A stretch of 64,000 nucleotides of DNA from an uncultured Prolixibacteraceae bacterium (GCA_964473485.1 CAYYPH010000015.1:9000-72999); one strand, 5' to 3'. Positions 1 through 12,097 are shown, counted from the stretch's first letter. Numbers and translations: made by a program. The notes: a model not told the origin generated them from the letters alone.

Positions 1-94
1 AGCATTCTTTGGATATTCTGCAAAGAAACATCCTAAAAAATCGCAGGTACCGGGAGTGCATTATCACCGGATTATTTCAATAGACTATTTTTTG

Positions 95-102
95 TAATTT
101 CG
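95..102 (+). promoter_or_regulatory. Putative Bacteroidota sigma70 -7 element (TAATTTCG variant) upstream of lpdA
   Basis: TAnnTTYG-like motif 22 nt before the ATG at 125; one mismatch to TAnnTTTG. Confidence 0.4.
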
Positions 103-124
103 CACATTCAAAAAAAAGACTATC

Positions 125-1513
125 ATGAATTACGATATCATAGTTATTGGCAGTGGTCCCGGTGGTTACGTGGCCGCCATAAGGGCCGCCCAGCTTGGGT
201 TCAAGACAGCCGTGGTGGAACGGGCCGAATTAGGGGGCATCTGCCTGAACTGGGGATGCATACCTACCAAAGCCTTGCTGAAAAGCGCCGATGTTTTCCA
301 TCATGTCCAGCATGCCATCGATTACGGGATCTTCGCCGAAGAACCCAAACCCAATTTCAGTGCCATGATCAGCCGCAGTAGGAATGTTGCCGATACCATG
401 AGCAAGGGCATCCAGTATTTATTAAAGAAAAACAAGGTTGAACATATACAGGGAACAGGGGTTCTTAAGCCGGGAAAGAAGGTTGGGGTGACTGATGCCA
501 GCGGGCAATCCGTCGTCCATTCGGCCGAACATATCATTATTGCCACCGGTGCGCGTTCGCGAGAACTTCCCAATATCAGGCAGGACGGCAGACGGATCAT
601 TGGTTACAGGGAAGCCATGACGCTTCCTGAACAACCAAAAACCATGGTAGTCATCGGATCGGGTGCCATTGGTTCCGAGTTTGCATGGTTTTACCAGACC
701 ATTGGAACGAAAGTCACACTTGTTGAGGTTTTACCCAACATAGTTCCTGTTGAAGATGAAGAGGTTTCGAAGACACTCGAACGTTCTTTCAAGAAGGCCG
801 GAATGAAAGTGATGACTGGGGTTTCCGTGGAATCCGCAGAGGCCGGCGAAAACGGTTGCAAGGTGATTGTGAGCACCAAAAAGGGGTTGGAAATCCTGGA
901 ATGTGACATTGTTCTTTCAGCCGTGGGCATCACAACCAACACGGAAGGAATCGGATTGGAGGAGGTCGGCATTGCCACCGAGAAAGGCAAAGTAGTCGTT
1001 GATGACTTTTACCGCACCGGGGTGGAAGGGTATTATGCGATTGGCGATATTGTCAGAGGGCCCGCGCTGGCCCACGTCGCCTCGCATGAAGGGATCATCT
1101 GCATTGAGAAGATCGCAGGAAAACATGTTGAGCCGTTGGATTACACAAATATTCCCGGTTGCACCTATACCCATCCCGAAATCGCGTCGGTTGGCCTCAC
1201 CGAAAAAGCTGCCCGTGAAGCGGGACACGACATCCTTGTGGGCAAATTTCCATTTACGGCTTCGGGCAAGGCAACGGCCGCCGGTGCCCGCGAAGGATTC
1301 ATCAAGGTTATATTCGACGCAAAATACGGTGAGTGGCTCGGAGCCCACATGATCGGAGAAAATGTCACGGAGATGATCGCCGAGGTAGTTGTGGCAAGGA
1401 AGCTCGAAACGACCGGCAAGGAGATCATTGAATCGGTCCACCCGCATCCAACCCTCAGCGAAGCCATCATGGAAGCTGTTGCGCAGGCCTACGGTGAATG
1501 TATACACCTTTAA
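125..1513 (+). CDS. lpdA: Dihydrolipoamide dehydrogenase (E3)
   Basis: GSGPGG FAD-binding motif, redox-active GGICLNWGCIPTK, second GSGAIG motif, C-terminal HPHPTLSE. Confidence 0.97.
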   Translation: MNYDIIVIGSGPGGYVAAIRAAQLGFKTAVVERAELGGICLNWGCIPTKALLKSADVFHHVQHAIDYGIFAEEPKPNFSAMISRSRNVADTMSKGIQYLLKKNKVEHIQGTGVLKPGKKVGVTDASGQSVVHSAEHIIIATGARSRELPNIRQDGRRIIGYREAMTLPEQPKTMVVIGSGAIGSEFAWFYQTIGTKVTLVEVLPNIVPVEDEEVSKTLERSFKKAGMKVMTGVSVESAEAGENGCKVIVSTKKGLEILECDIVLSAVGITTNTEGIGLEEVGIATEKGKVVVDDFYRTGVEGYYAIGDIVRGPALAHVASHEGIICIEKIAGKHVEPLDYTNIPGCTYTHPEIASVGLTEKAAREAGHDILVGKFPFTASGKATAAGAREGFIKVIFDAKYGEWLGAHMIGENVTEMIAEVVVARKLETTGKEIIESVHPHPTLSEAIMEAVAQAYGECIHL

Positions 1514-1641
1514 AAAGCATTGGGGAAAAACCTCTGTGAACGCATAAAGTTCAATCTGAGCATATGGATGCTTGATTAACATTGTTTCTGAGAAGGGTTC
1601 CCCCTTAAGATATCGGAAGAAATCACATCAAAAAGTCAACC

Positions 1642-2184
1642 ATGGAGATCATCACCACTCCGCTTAAGGGTTTATTGATCATTAAACCTGATGTTTTTGA
1701 AGATGAAAGGGGATATTTCTTTGAATCCTTCAATCACGAAAAATTCCTGAAACTTGGATTGGACCTGCACTTTGTACAGGATAATGAATCGAAATCGAAA
1801 AAGGGCGTATTGCGCGGGCTCCATTTCCAGGCACCGCCTTTTGAACAGGGAAAACTGGTGCGGGTGATGAGGGGATCGGTTTTGGATGTGGCAGTGGACA
1901 TCAGGAGGGATTCCCCTACTTACGGGCGTTGGGAATCAATTATCCTATCGGGGCAGAACAAGTGGATGTACTGGATTCCGGCTGGTTTTGCCCATGGCTT
2001 TGTTACTTTGGAAGACGATACGATCTTTTTCTACAAATGCACCAACGTGTATAACAAAGCTTCTGAAGGCAGCATTCTCTGGCATGACGGTGACCTGAAC
2101 ATCAACTGGGGAATTGAAAACCCTGTAATCTCTGAAAAAGACAAAGCAGCTCCATTGTTTCGGCAATTCAACAGCCCTTTCTGA
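1642..2184 (+). CDS. rmlC: dTDP-4-dehydrorhamnose 3,5-epimerase
   Basis: FEDERGYFFESF, VQDNESKS, VLRGLHFQ, GFAHGF cupin motifs. Confidence 0.96.
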   Translation: MEIITTPLKGLLIIKPDVFEDERGYFFESFNHEKFLKLGLDLHFVQDNESKSKKGVLRGLHFQAPPFEQGKLVRVMRGSVLDVAVDIRRDSPTYGRWESIILSGQNKWMYWIPAGFAHGFVTLEDDTIFFYKCTNVYNKASEGSILWHDGDLNINWGIENPVISEKDKAAPLFRQFNSPF

Positions 2185-2185
2185 T

Positions 2186-3187
2186 ATGAAAAGAAAATTT
2201 TTTCTTTCCGGCGGAATTGCATTACTGGTAGTGGTAGCGTTTTTTTCCATCCGGGCCCTGATCAGTAAGAGTGATGCTGACAGAAAATATAACGGGTTAT
2301 TTCACCGGCACACCAAGATATTCGCCCCACCTGTTCCGTCCGTCGCTTCATTTGCAGGAGAACCGGTCCCGCTCGACAAATATTACGTAAGGGAAGCGCT
2401 TGAGCGTGAGATCCTCGCTGCCACGTTCATGCATACCAGCACAATCCTGATGTTCAAACGCGCCAACCGTTGGTTCCCTGTGATCGAACCCATTCTGAAA
2501 CAGCAGGGAATTCCGGATGACTTCAAATACCTGGCACTTGCCGAAAGCAACCTGGCCAATGTGGTATCGCCGGCCGGCGCCGAAGGATACTGGCAATTTT
2601 TAAAACCCACCGGGCAGAAATACGGTCTTGAAATCAATGATAACGTGGATGAGCGATATCATATGATCAAGGCGACAGTAGCGGCATGCAGTTATTTTTC
2701 GGAAGCTTACGGCAAATTCGGAAACTGGACACTGGCCGCGGCCTCATATAACCGCGGGCTGGACGGTTTGTCAAGAGCGCTTGAGAACCAGGCGGTATCT
2801 AATTTCTACGACCTGTACCTGAACGACGAGACTTCCCGGTACATCTACCGAATCGTGGCCATGAAAGAGATCTACAATCATCCGGTCAGGTACGGTTTTT
2901 ATCTCCGTCAGCAGGATTTTTATCCCCAGGTTCCCACCCGTAGCGTTATAGTCGACAGCAGCATCAGCAACCTGCCTCAGTTTGCAAAACAGATGAACAG
3001 TAATTTCAGGATCCTGCGGGAACTGAATCCCTGGATACAGAATTACACGCTTCCCAATAAATCAAGGAAAACCTATACCCTGCTTTTCCCTCTTGATAAT
3101 TCGGTCAGCCAGAAAGCACTCATGGAGAAAGTCCCGGTGAGTGAAATTTTCTATCATGACACGCTGAAAATCAGCGAAGTTAACTAA
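2186..3187 (+). CDS. Lytic transglycosylase (SLT domain, MltD-like), N-terminal membrane anchor
   Basis: YLALAES (catalytic Glu), [24 protein letters not shown] motifs; hydrophobic N-terminus. Confidence 0.9.
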   Translation: MKRKFFLSGGIALLVVVAFFSIRALISKSDADRKYNGLFHRHTKIFAPPVPSVASFAGEPVPLDKYYVREALEREILAATFMHTSTILMFKRANRWFPVIEPILKQQGIPDDFKYLALAESNLANVVSPAGAEGYWQFLKPTGQKYGLEINDNVDERYHMIKATVAACSYFSEAYGKFGNWTLAAASYNRGLDGLSRALENQAVSNFYDLYLNDETSRYIYRIVAMKEIYNHPVRYGFYLRQQDFYPQVPTRSVIVDSSISNLPQFAKQMNSNFRILRELNPWIQNYTLPNKSRKTYTLLFPLDNSVSQKALMEKVPVSEIFYHDTLKISEVN

Positions 3188-3207
3188 TCAACATATCCAG
3201 TTCAGCG

Positions 3208-6045
3208 GTGGAGGAATATTTGGAAGTCTTCGGAGCCCGGGTCCACAACTTAAAGAACATCGACCTTGTCATACCGCGAAAAAAACTCGTGGTTCTGACC
3301 GGTCTGAGCGGCAGCGGAAAATCGTCGCTCGCTTTCGACACCATTTACGCCGAGGGGCAGCGTAGGTATATGGAAACCTTTTCTGCATACGCCCGTCAGT
3401 TTATTGGGAACCTTGAACGGCCCGATGTGGATAAGATAAACGGGCTCAGCCCGGTCATTGCCATTGAGCAGAAATCGACCAGCAGAAATCCCCGGTCAAC
3501 GGTAGGTACCATCACCGAAATATACGATTTCATGCGCCTGCTCTACGCCCGGATCGCCGATGCATTTTCCTACGAAACCGAAGAGCTGATGATCAGGTAC
3601 AGTGAGGAGCAGATACTGTCATTGATCCTTTCGAAATACAACGGGAAGGAGATCTCGATCCTTGCCCCTGTGGTGAAAGGGCGTAAGGGGCATTACCGCG
3701 AACTGTTCGACCAGATCCGGAAGCAGGGTTTCCTGCATGTCAGGATTGATGGTGTGGTAAAAGAGATCACCGTCGGACTTCAGCTTGACAGGTATAAAAT
3801 TCATGATATTGAGATCGTTATTGACCAGTTATCGGTAAGGCCCGGGATCAGGAACCGGCTGTCGGGTTCTGTCAGTCTTGCCATGCGGCAAGGCAAGGAA
3901 CAACTCATGGTGCTCGAACACGAAACAGGTACTGCCGGGCATTTCAGCAAAATGCTGATGTGTCCGACCACCGGAATTTCGTATGATGAACCCGAGCCCA
4001 ATTCTTTCTCCTTCAACTCACCTTACGGTGCCTGCCCAAAATGTAACGGCCTGGGAACCATCACTGAGGTTGACATCACCAAAATCATTCCCGACACTTC
4101 AAAAAGCATAAAAAAAGGCGGGATCGTTCCGATCGGGGAATATAAAAATTCCTGGATCTTTAAGCAGATAGAGGCCATCGGCGAAAAATACGAATTTGAC
4201 CTGAACACCCCTATCGCCGAGATACCCGAAAATGCCATCAACATGATCCTTTACGGCTCGGACGAGATACTCCGGGTGAAAAATGAATATCTTGGCGTTA
4301 CCTCTCATTATTCAATGAGTTACGAAGGGATCATCAATTTTATAAACTCCCAGAATGCCGAGACTGCTCCGGCCGGCATCGTGAAATGGGCCGGGTCGTT
4401 TATGAACCGCAAACCTTGTCCGGAGTGTCACGGTGCAAGGCTCAAAAAAGAATCCCTGCATTTCAGGATCGGTGGAAAGAATATCTCCGAACTGGCCTCG
4501 ATGGACCTGGTCAACCTTCAGCATTGGCTTGAAAAGATTGACCGGCAGCTCGACGAACGAAAAAAGACCATTGCCTTTGAGATCCTTCGGGAAATACGCA
4601 CCCGGATCCAGTTCCTGCTCGATGTCGGGATCGGGTATCTTACGCTCAACCGGACCGCGCGCAGTCTTTCCGGGGGTGAGAGCCAACGCATCAGGCTAGC
4701 CACCCAGATTGGTTCACAGCTTGTCGGAGTTCTCTACATCCTTGATGAACCAAGCATCGGCCTGCACCAGCACGACAACATGCGGCTGATAAACGCCCTG
4801 AAAAGCCTCCGTGATGGCGGCAACTCGGTGGTCGTTGTGGAACACGACCAGGAGACAATCATGGCTGCCGACCACGTTATCGATATCGGTCCGGGGGCAG
4901 GCGTGCACGGGGGAAGGGTTGTGGCTGAAGGAACACCAGCCGAAATCATGAAGAGCAGGCATCTGACAGGTCTTTACCTCAGCGGACAGAAGAGGATCAA
5001 CATTCCCGGCGAAAGACGCAAAGGCAATGGCCATCTGCTTGTCCTCTCCGGGGCCAGCGGGAACAACCTCAAAAACGTAACACTCGAACTCCCACTCGGA
5101 ACCCTTATTTGTGTAACCGGGCTAAGTGGAAGTGGCAAGTCATCCCTTATCAACGAAACCCTTTATCCCATCCTTAGCCGGCACTTTTACCGTTCCGACC
5201 AGAATCCGCTGCCATTCAGGGAGATCGACGGCATGCAGCACGTTGACAAAGTAATCGAGATCGACCAGTCGCCGATCGGGAGAACACCCAGGTCGAATCC
5301 GGCTACCTATACCAAAGTCTTTGATGAGATCAGGAAACTGTTTGCCAACCTCCCCGAATCAAAAATCAGAGGCTACCAGCCCGGCCGGTTCTCATTCAAC
5401 GTCAAGGGCGGACGATGCGAAACCTGCAAAGGCGCCGGGCTGCGCGTAATCGAGATGAACTTCCTCCCCGATGTATATGTGCTTTGCGAAAGCTGTCAGG
5501 GTCATCGTTATAACCGCGAAACGCTGGAAGTGAGGTACAGGGGAAAATCAATCAACGACGTGTTGAACATGACCATCGAACAGGCTGTTGACTTTTTTGA
5601 CCCGATCCCTTTCATTGTTCATAAAATAAAAACCCTGAACGAAGTAGGGCTGGGATATATCACCCTTGGACAGCAGTCGACAACCTTATCGGGAGGTGAG
5701 GCTCAGCGGGTCAAACTAGCCGCCGAACTGTCGAAGACTGATACCGGAAACACGTTGTACATACTTGACGAGCCCACCACCGGGCTGCATTTCGAGGATG
5801 TAAAAGTCCTGCTCTGCGTGCTCAACAAACTGGTTGACAAAGGCAACACGGTGCTTGTAATCGAGCATAACATGGAGGTCATCAAAATGGCCGATCACCT
5901 CATCGACATGGGACCTGAGGGTGGTGAACGGGGCGGAGCTATCATTGCAACAGGCACGCCCGAAAGCCTGGCAGAAGGTAATAAGGGTTACACCGCCCTG
6001 CACCTTAAAAAGGTACTGAACGGTGAAATGGTTATAAAACATTAG
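3208..6045 (+). CDS. uvrA: Excinuclease ABC subunit A
   Basis: GTG start; GARVHNLKN, two Walker A motifs ([10 protein letters not shown]), two LSGGE signatures, CxxC zinc fingers. Confidence 0.98.
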   Translation: MEEYLEVFGARVHNLKNIDLVIPRKKLVVLTGLSGSGKSSLAFDTIYAEGQRRYMETFSAYARQFIGNLERPDVDKINGLSPVIAIEQKSTSRNPRSTVGTITEIYDFMRLLYARIADAFSYETEELMIRYSEEQILSLILSKYNGKEISILAPVVKGRKGHYRELFDQIRKQGFLHVRIDGVVKEITVGLQLDRYKIHDIEIVIDQLSVRPGIRNRLSGSVSLAMRQGKEQLMVLEHETGTAGHFSKMLMCPTTGISYDEPEPNSFSFNSPYGACPKCNGLGTITEVDITKIIPDTSKSIKKGGIVPIGEYKNSWIFKQIEAIGEKYEFDLNTPIAEIPENAINMILYGSDEILRVKNEYLGVTSHYSMSYEGIINFINSQNAETAPAGIVKWAGSFMNRKPCPECHGARLKKESLHFRIGGKNISELASMDLVNLQHWLEKIDRQLDERKKTIAFEILREIRTRIQFLLDVGIGYLTLNRTARSLSGGESQRIRLATQIGSQLVGVLYILDEPSIGLHQHDNMRLINALKSLRDGGNSVVVVEHDQETIMAADHVIDIGPGAGVHGGRVVAEGTPAEIMKSRHLTGLYLSGQKRINIPGERRKGNGHLLVLSGASGNNLKNVTLELPLGTLICVTGLSGSGKSSLINETLYPILSRHFYRSDQNPLPFREIDGMQHVDKVIEIDQSPIGRTPRSNPATYTKVFDEIRKLFANLPESKIRGYQPGRFSFNVKGGRCETCKGAGLRVIEMNFLPDVYVLCESCQGHRYNRETLEVRYRGKSINDVLNMTIEQAVDFFDPIPFIVHKIKTLNEVGLGYITLGQQSTTLSGGEAQRVKLAAELSKTDTGNTLYILDEPTTGLHFEDVKVLLCVLNKLVDKGNTVLVIEHNMEVIKMADHLIDMGPEGGERGGAIIATGTPESLAEGNKGYTALHLKKVLNGEMVIKH

Positions 6046-6049
6046 CACT

Positions 6050-6760
6050 ATGGAAAACGAAGAAATCAGGAAAATCGCTGAATCGTTTCAGCCTAAAACA
6101 TGGACCGAGACCATCAGCCTTGACACCTGGGAGATCTTCAAGGTGATCTCTGAGATGGTGGAAGGATTTGAAAAGCTCAGCAGGATCGGCCCCTGCGTTT
6201 CCATCTTCGGATCGGCGCGAACCCACGACGTACATCGTTACTATAAACTCACTGAAGAGATCGCCTACCTGCTTACCAAGTCCGGATTCGGGATCATTAC
6301 AGGTGGCGGACCTGGAATCATGGAAGCAGCCAACAAAGGGGCACACTTTGCAGGCGGCAAATCAGTGGGTCTGAATATTAATCTTCCTTTTGAACAAAAC
6401 CCGAACCCGTTCATCGACCGTAATAAGCTGATCAATTTTAATTATTTCTATGTCAGGAAAACTATGTTCATGCGGTATTCGATGGGATTCATCGCACTTC
6501 CGGGCGGTTTCGGGACCCTGGATGAGCTGACCGAAGCCATTACCCTGATCCAGACAAAAAAACTGCTGAAGTTCCCGGTCGTTCTTGTATCGGAGGATTA
6601 CTGGAGAGGGTTGACAGACTGGATTGAAGGCACCATCCTGAAAGAGCAGAACATCCACCGCGAAGACCTGCAGCTTTACAGTATCGTCAACACCGCGGAA
6701 GAGGCGGTTCACATCATCAACGAGTTCTATAAGACCTATGCGCTTAAACCCAATTTCTGA
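6050..6760 (+). CDS. LOG family (TIGR00730-like) nucleotide phosphoribohydrolase
   Basis: VSIFGSAR, ITGGGPGIMEAAN, PGGFGTLDE motifs. Confidence 0.9.
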   Translation: MENEEIRKIAESFQPKTWTETISLDTWEIFKVISEMVEGFEKLSRIGPCVSIFGSARTHDVHRYYKLTEEIAYLLTKSGFGIITGGGPGIMEAANKGAHFAGGKSVGLNINLPFEQNPNPFIDRNKLINFNYFYVRKTMFMRYSMGFIALPGGFGTLDELTEAITLIQTKKLLKFPVVLVSEDYWRGLTDWIEGTILKEQNIHREDLQLYSIVNTAEEAVHIINEFYKTYALKPNF

Positions 6761-6775
6761 TGTTAATTATTTGAT

Positions 6776-6783
6776 TATTTTTG
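6776..6783 (+). promoter_or_regulatory. Bacteroidota sigma70 -7 element upstream of rsfS-ftsH
   Basis: TATTTTTG, exact TAnnTTTG match 22 nt before the ATG at 6806. Confidence 0.6.
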
Positions 6784-6805
6784 CAATATCAACGAATAAC
6801 ACGGA

Positions 6806-7180
6806 ATGCCCGGAAAAAAAAAGAAAATAGCCTCCGAACCGTTGCTTGAGATCGCGATTACTGCCCTGACTGACAAAAAGGCCAGGAATCCTGTCATACT
6901 TGATTTTTCCAAACTCAAAGACCGTCTCTGCGATTTGTTCGTTATCTGTCATGGCACCTCACGCACTCAGATTGAGGCGATTGCAGATCACGTTGTATCG
7001 GAGGTCAAATCGAAAACCGGAGAAAATCCCTGGCACTGCGAGGGTCTCAGAAACGCGGAATGGATTTTGATCGACTACAGCGACATTGTCATTCATATTT
7101 TTCAGGAGGACCGCAGAAAGTTCTACAACCTCGAACAGTTGTGGGCTGACGCGGTGCTGACCCGGATTGAGGAGGCCTGA
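6806..7180 (+). CDS. rsfS: Ribosome silencing factor (Iojap)
   Basis: DKKA..VILD, FVICHGTSRTQIEAIAD, WILIDYSDIVIHIF, FYNLEQLWAD. Confidence 0.95.
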   Translation: MPGKKKKIASEPLLEIAITALTDKKARNPVILDFSKLKDRLCDLFVICHGTSRTQIEAIADHVVSEVKSKTGENPWHCEGLRNAEWILIDYSDIVIHIFQEDRRKFYNLEQLWADAVLTRIEEA

Positions 7181-7214
7181 AAATCAGTCATGACTCATAT
7201 ACCAATACGACATA

Positions 7215-9251
7215 ATGGCAGAGAAAGAAAATAAAGAGAATAAATTCATTCCACCCAAAGGGAAGCGTCCGAAATTTAATTTTTACTGGATTTACGCCAT
7301 CCTAGCAGTTATATTCATCACCATCCAGATCCTTAATTACAACAACCCGGTGAAGGAGGTCAGTTGGGCCCGGCTGGAGGAGATGCTGATAAGGCAGGAT
7401 GTGGAAAAGATCGTCATCGTAAATAAGGAGAATGCGGAAATTTTCATAAAGAAGGATAAGATCCAGAGCGACACCCTGTACAAGGAGTTCAACAAAAAGA
7501 GTTTTTCGACTGGTACCGGCGCCGCCAATCCGCAATATTATTACCAGATCGGTTCGGAGGAGATTTTTCACGGGCTGCTTAAAGACACGCGCGACACGAC
7601 CGTGGCGCGGATGAAACGCGACAGCGTTCCATCAACGGTGATAGCAGAATTTCAGAAACAGTACCCCTATCCGCCATCTACCGACACCCGTAAGGATTTC
7701 TGGGGTGACATACTGGGATATGTGCTCCCCATCCTGATTCTTGTTGCTGCCTGGTTCCTGATCATGCGGTTCATGAGCAAGGGAGCCGGTGGTGGAGGTC
7801 AGATCTTCAATATAGGCAAATCAAAGGCCCAGTTATTTGACAAGGATACAAGCGTAACGATCACTTTCAATGACGTTGCCGGTCTGGAGGAGGCCAAGGT
7901 GGAGATCATGGAGATTGTTGATTTTCTCAAGAACCCATCCAAATACACCAACCTGGGTGGAAAGATCCCCAAAGGTGCTTTACTGGTTGGTCCGCCGGGA
8001 ACCGGTAAGACACTGCTTGCCAAGGCTGTGGCCGGTGAAGCCAAAGTTCCTTTCTTTTCCATTTCAGGTTCCGACTTCGTGGAGATGTTTGTCGGAGTGG
8101 GTGCATCGAGGGTCAGGGACCTGTTCAGGCAAGCCAAAGAGAAGGCGCCATGCATCATTTTCATCGATGAAATAGATGCCATCGGCAGGGCCCGTGGCAG
8201 AAATGCCATCACCGGTGCTAACGATGAGAGGGAAAACACCCTGAACCAGCTCCTCACCGAAATGGATGGATTCGGCACCAATGCAGGTGTGATCATATTG
8301 GCGGCTACCAACCGGGCTGATATTCTTGACCGGGCGCTGATGAGGGCCGGCAGGTTCGACCGTCAGATCAATGTTGAATTGCCGGACCTTGAAGAACGTA
8401 AAGCCATCTTCAAGGTACACCTCAAACCCCTGAAACTGGACCCGTCGCTTGATGTTGACTTCCTGGCCAAGCAAACCCCGGGTTTTTCCGGAGCCGACAT
8501 CGCAAATGTTTGTAATGAAGCTGCCCTGATCGCGGCAAGAAAGAACAAATCGATCATCGAAAAACAGGATTTCCTGGATGCCATCGACCGGATCATCGGC
8601 GGACTTGAAAAACGGAACAAGATCATCTCGTCGCATGAAAAGAAAGTGATCGCGTTCCATGAATCAGGTCACGCCTCGGTAAGCTGGTTGCTCCAATACG
8701 CTCACCCGCTGGTCAAAGTAACCATCGTACCGCGCGGTAAAGCCCTTGGAGCCGCCTGGTACCTGCCCGAAGAACGGCAGATAACCACTTACGACCAGAT
8801 GTTCGACGAGATCACTTCGGCTGTGGGCGGACGGGCTTCCGAGGATATCTTTTTCGGAAAGGTATCCACCGGCGCACTCAATGACCTTGAAAAGGTCACC
8901 AAACAAGCCTATGCCATGGTGGTATACTTCGGTCTGAACAAAGAGATCGGCAACATCAGCTTTTACGACTCCACCGGTCAGAATGAATATGCCTTCCAGA
9001 AACCATACAGCGAAAAAACCGCTGAAGTGATCGACCGTGAGGTAAAAGCCATTGTAGAGTCCGCTTACTTGCGGGCAAAGACCATACTCAATGAAAACCG
9101 TGAAAAGGTTGAGAAACTTGCCAATCTCCTGCTCGACAGAGAAGTGATTTTCAGGGAAGATCTTGAGGATATTTTTGGCAAACGTCCGTGGGATAAGGAA
9201 GATGAGAACCTTCCCGCATTAAGGCAGGCTGAACAACCTTCACAATCCTGA
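7215..9251 (+). CDS. ftsH: ATP-dependent zinc metalloprotease FtsH
   Basis: Two TM segments, Walker A GPPGTGKT, Walker B IIFIDE, SRH region [25 protein letters not shown] zinc motif. Confidence 0.98.
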   Translation: MAEKENKENKFIPPKGKRPKFNFYWIYAILAVIFITIQILNYNNPVKEVSWARLEEMLIRQDVEKIVIVNKENAEIFIKKDKIQSDTLYKEFNKKSFSTGTGAANPQYYYQIGSEEIFHGLLKDTRDTTVARMKRDSVPSTVIAEFQKQYPYPPSTDTRKDFWGDILGYVLPILILVAAWFLIMRFMSKGAGGGGQIFNIGKSKAQLFDKDTSVTITFNDVAGLEEAKVEIMEIVDFLKNPSKYTNLGGKIPKGALLVGPPGTGKTLLAKAVAGEAKVPFFSISGSDFVEMFVGVGASRVRDLFRQAKEKAPCIIFIDEIDAIGRARGRNAITGANDERENTLNQLLTEMDGFGTNAGVIILAATNRADILDRALMRAGRFDRQINVELPDLEERKAIFKVHLKPLKLDPSLDVDFLAKQTPGFSGADIANVCNEAALIAARKNKSIIEKQDFLDAIDRIIGGLEKRNKIISSHEKKVIAFHESGHASVSWLLQYAHPLVKVTIVPRGKALGAAWYLPEERQITTYDQMFDEITSAVGGRASEDIFFGKVSTGALNDLEKVTKQAYAMVVYFGLNKEIGNISFYDSTGQNEYAFQKPYSEKTAEVIDREVKAIVESAYLRAKTILNENREKVEKLANLLLDREVIFREDLEDIFGKRPWDKEDENLPALRQAEQPSQS

Positions 9252-9256
9252 CATTT

Positions 9257-9913
9257 ATGGAAGAGAGCACTGCAAGAGAAAAGATTCTGAAACGAGTCAG
9301 GGATGCACTGATCGAAAAGACTGAGCCCCCCTACCCTATCATCGACCAGGAATCTTCAGTCTACAAGGATCTCACAGACTCTCTTGACGTTACATTTGCC
9401 GAAGAACTGGTGCAGATTGGAGGAAAATTCGTATACTGTGAAAGTGAGGATGAGTTTCTGAACAACCTTCAGTCTTTCATTGTCGAGAAGGAATGGGGAG
9501 TTCTCTATTGCCAGGACCCCAAGTTACATTTCCTGCTCAAACGTGGAGGCATTCCATTTGAAGCCCACACTGATGCCATCCTTGATGCGAAGATTGGCAT
9601 TACCCGGTGCGAATATCTCATCGCCAGGCTGGGAACCGTTATCGTATCGTCGAGGATGAGCCCGGGAAGAAAAATCACAGTATATCCCGAAACACATCTG
9701 ATCCTGGCATACACATCCCAGCTGGTCCCGGATCTGAAGCAGGCCTTGTCAGAGCTCAAGAAGAAATACCGTGATAATTACCCATCCATGATTTCACTGA
9801 TCACGGGTCCGAGCAGGACTGCCGACATAGAGAAAACGCTAGTCATGGGAGCCCACGGTCCCAGGTCATTCTACGTATTCCTGGTTGACGATTCCTCACC
9901 TTCCAATCCCTGA
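9257..9913 (+). CDS. LUD-domain protein (LutC/YkgG-like)
   Basis: C-terminal ITGPSRTADIEKTLVMGAHGP signature. Confidence 0.88.
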   Translation: MEESTAREKILKRVRDALIEKTEPPYPIIDQESSVYKDLTDSLDVTFAEELVQIGGKFVYCESEDEFLNNLQSFIVEKEWGVLYCQDPKLHFLLKRGGIPFEAHTDAILDAKIGITRCEYLIARLGTVIVSSRMSPGRKITVYPETHLILAYTSQLVPDLKQALSELKKKYRDNYPSMISLITGPSRTADIEKTLVMGAHGPRSFYVFLVDDSSPSNP

Positions 9914-9922
9914 CAACCGGCA

Positions 9923-10762
9923 ATGAGCAATTTTTGGGCAAGAACAATCACGGGACTGACCATGGTCTTTATTCTGCTTGCTGCCCTTTACCTTGGAGGC
10001 TGGTTTTTTGCATCCGTATTCATGTTGATCACGGTCCTGGCTTTATGGGAATTTTATCGCCTGGTATCCGGAATCTCAAAACCACAGATATTCTTTGGCA
10101 TTGTTTCAGGATCCCTGCTTTACGTCGTACTTACACTCCATTTTTTCTATGGCTCCGATCCCGGCGTCAGTACATGGCTTCATCCGGTCATGGCACTGGT
10201 GATCACCTGCTTGCTGTTTTGCCCCTTCATTATTGAGATTTTCCGTAATCAGACCGCTCCACTGATCAATATTGCCATAACCATAACGGGCGTCGTATAC
10301 GTTGCACTGCCCCTTGCACTGCTCAATTCTTTCAGTTCAGGCGATGCGGTCCGCCTTTCAGGTATCCCCGTGCTGCTTACCGGATATTTTATCCTGACCT
10401 GGTTTTACGATACTGCCGCGTACCTTTATGGCAAGCAATTCGGCAGGCACAAGTTTTTCGAGCGGATATCACCGAAAAAGACCTGGGAGGGTACCATAGC
10501 AGGTGCGTCGATTGCCTTTCTTACCGCAGGAGTTTTCACGATGCTGCCCGCCGGGTTCCCTGCTTATCACTGGATTCTTCTTGCTGTCATCGTCATGTTT
10601 TTCGGAACCCTCGGGGACCTCGCTGAATCTCTGCTTAAACGCTCACTTGAAGTAAAAGATTCCGGCACCATCCTGCCAGGTCACGGCGGGATTCTCGATA
10701 GGTTCGACACCATCCTCATTTCATCACCTTTTGTATTTTTGTACTTTCAGTTCTTTACCTAA
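9923..10762 (+). CDS. cdsA: Phosphatidate cytidylyltransferase
   Basis: Polytopic membrane protein; ISPKKTWEG, GDLAESLLKR, KDSGTILPGHGGILDRFD. Confidence 0.96.
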   Translation: MSNFWARTITGLTMVFILLAALYLGGWFFASVFMLITVLALWEFYRLVSGISKPQIFFGIVSGSLLYVVLTLHFFYGSDPGVSTWLHPVMALVITCLLFCPFIIEIFRNQTAPLINIAITITGVVYVALPLALLNSFSSGDAVRLSGIPVLLTGYFILTWFYDTAAYLYGKQFGRHKFFERISPKKTWEGTIAGASIAFLTAGVFTMLPAGFPAYHWILLAVIVMFFGTLGDLAESLLKRSLEVKDSGTILPGHGGILDRFDTILISSPFVFLYFQFFT

Positions 10763-10773
10763 TTCATCTCCCC

Positions 10774-11436
10774 ATGACCATCCACAAAGAGGGATATAAA
10801 ACCATTGTCATTGCTTTTCTGTTCGTTGCTGCCGTCCTGCTTGCATTCAATCACTTCATTGAGGAACAAACATGGATTCACTGGGTACTTTATGGATGCG
10901 GTCTTTGGTTTTTCGTGACAATCGTCAGATTTTTCCGGTCTCCCAAACGGGATACCAACGGCGGCGAACATATCATCCTCTGCCCTGCCGATGGAAAGGT
11001 GGTTGTTATTGAAAGAACCATTGAGCCAGAATATTTCAAGGATGAACGTATCCAGGTCTCCATCTTCATGTCGGCCAACAATGTGCATGTAAACTGGTTC
11101 CCGGTCCGCGGCGAAATTCTATACTATTATTATCACCCGGGCAAACATATGGTTGCCTTCAATCCAAAGGCATCCCTTGAAAACGAAAGGGCCACCACCG
11201 TCATCAAAACCCCCGAGGACCGGAAAATCCTTATCAGGCAGATAGCAGGAGCCATGGCCCGACGAATAAAATGTTACCCGAAGGTTGGGGAGCCTGTCGA
11301 ACAGGGCGATGAACTTGGTTTTATCAAATTCGGATCAAGGGTTGACCTGCTCCTCCCGGTCGACACGAAGATAGAGGTCAGTCTGAATCAGAAAGTCAGG
11401 GGAAAACAGACCATCATCGGTCGTATCCCGGTCTGA
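10774..11436 (+). CDS. psd: Phosphatidylserine decarboxylase proenzyme (short type)
   Basis: RFFRSP, PADGKVV, SIFMS..NVHVN, GFIKFGSRVD (self-cleavage GS). Confidence 0.93.
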   Translation: MTIHKEGYKTIVIAFLFVAAVLLAFNHFIEEQTWIHWVLYGCGLWFFVTIVRFFRSPKRDTNGGEHIILCPADGKVVVIERTIEPEYFKDERIQVSIFMSANNVHVNWFPVRGEILYYYYHPGKHMVAFNPKASLENERATTVIKTPEDRKILIRQIAGAMARRIKCYPKVGEPVEQGDELGFIKFGSRVDLLLPVDTKIEVSLNQKVRGKQTIIGRIPV

Positions 11437-11440
11437 CATA

Positions 11441-12097
11441 TCAATCCAGCGCCTTCGCAAGAAAGGCATTCAATGGGGCAAATGCCCCGAACACCCCTGC
11501 CATGTATTCGTGAATGTCTGCTCTGCTTAATGTGGCATCTTCCAACGGGTGCGACAAGATGTAATGGCGGTTTTTCAGGATATCAATATCGGGAAAATCT
11601 TTTGGAAAATCCCGGGGCGGTGTTTTTGCCTTGTCCATTTCATCAAGACCAGATGCCAGTTTCTTCAGGCTTTTTTCGTTTAGGATGGATTTAAACTCCC
11701 CGACATTATAAAAGATCTCCTGCCGGATTTTTTTCAACTGATCGGGTTGCGGCATATATACGCCAGTCGCCAGAAACGATTCGCCTGGCTGAATATGAAT
11801 GTAGTAGCCAGGTCCGGCACTTTTCCTGCCCTTTGAAGTGATCCAGGCTCCCATGTTGGTCTTGTAGGGAGATTTATCGCCTGAGAATCTCACATCCCTG
11901 TATATCCTGAACAGGCAATCCTGTGCCGTTACAAACCTTACGGATTCATCAAACCGGGCAATGGAAGGAATGACCTTTTCCACCAGCGACTGAACGGTTG
12001 CCTTTGCCTCTTCATACTGGTGTTTGTTCGCGTTGAACCATTCCCTGTTGTTGTTCTCCTTCAACATGGAGAGAAATGATAGTACCTGGGTCAGCAT
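11441..12097 (-). CDS. DUF2461 / TIGR02453 family protein
   Basis: FLSMLKENNNREWF, FRIYRDVRFS.DKSPYKT, PGYYIHIQPG; start moved to the ATG at 12097 (MLTQVL). Confidence 0.85.
   Translation of the reverse strand: MLTQVLSFLSMLKENNNREWFNANKHQYEEAKATVQSLVEKVIPSIARFDESVRFVTAQDCLFRIYRDVRFSGDKSPYKTNMGAWITSKGRKSAGPGYYIHIQPGESFLATGVYMPQPDQLKKIRQEIFYNVGEFKSILNEKSLKKLASGLDEMDKAKTPPRDFPKDFPDIDILKNRHYILSHPLEDATLSRADIHEYMAGVFGAFAPLNAFLAKALD

Noticed and set aside
1-97. Possible 3' end of an upstream CDS (frame open to TAA at 95-97)
   Set aside because: Too short to assign and no recognisable motif.
1514-1641. Structured RNA or tRNA in the longer intergenic regions (also 16871-17056, 31100-31242, 32734-32845)
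   Set aside because: No cloverleaf, T-loop or riboswitch consensus recognised; a covariance-model search would be needed to exclude ncRNAs.
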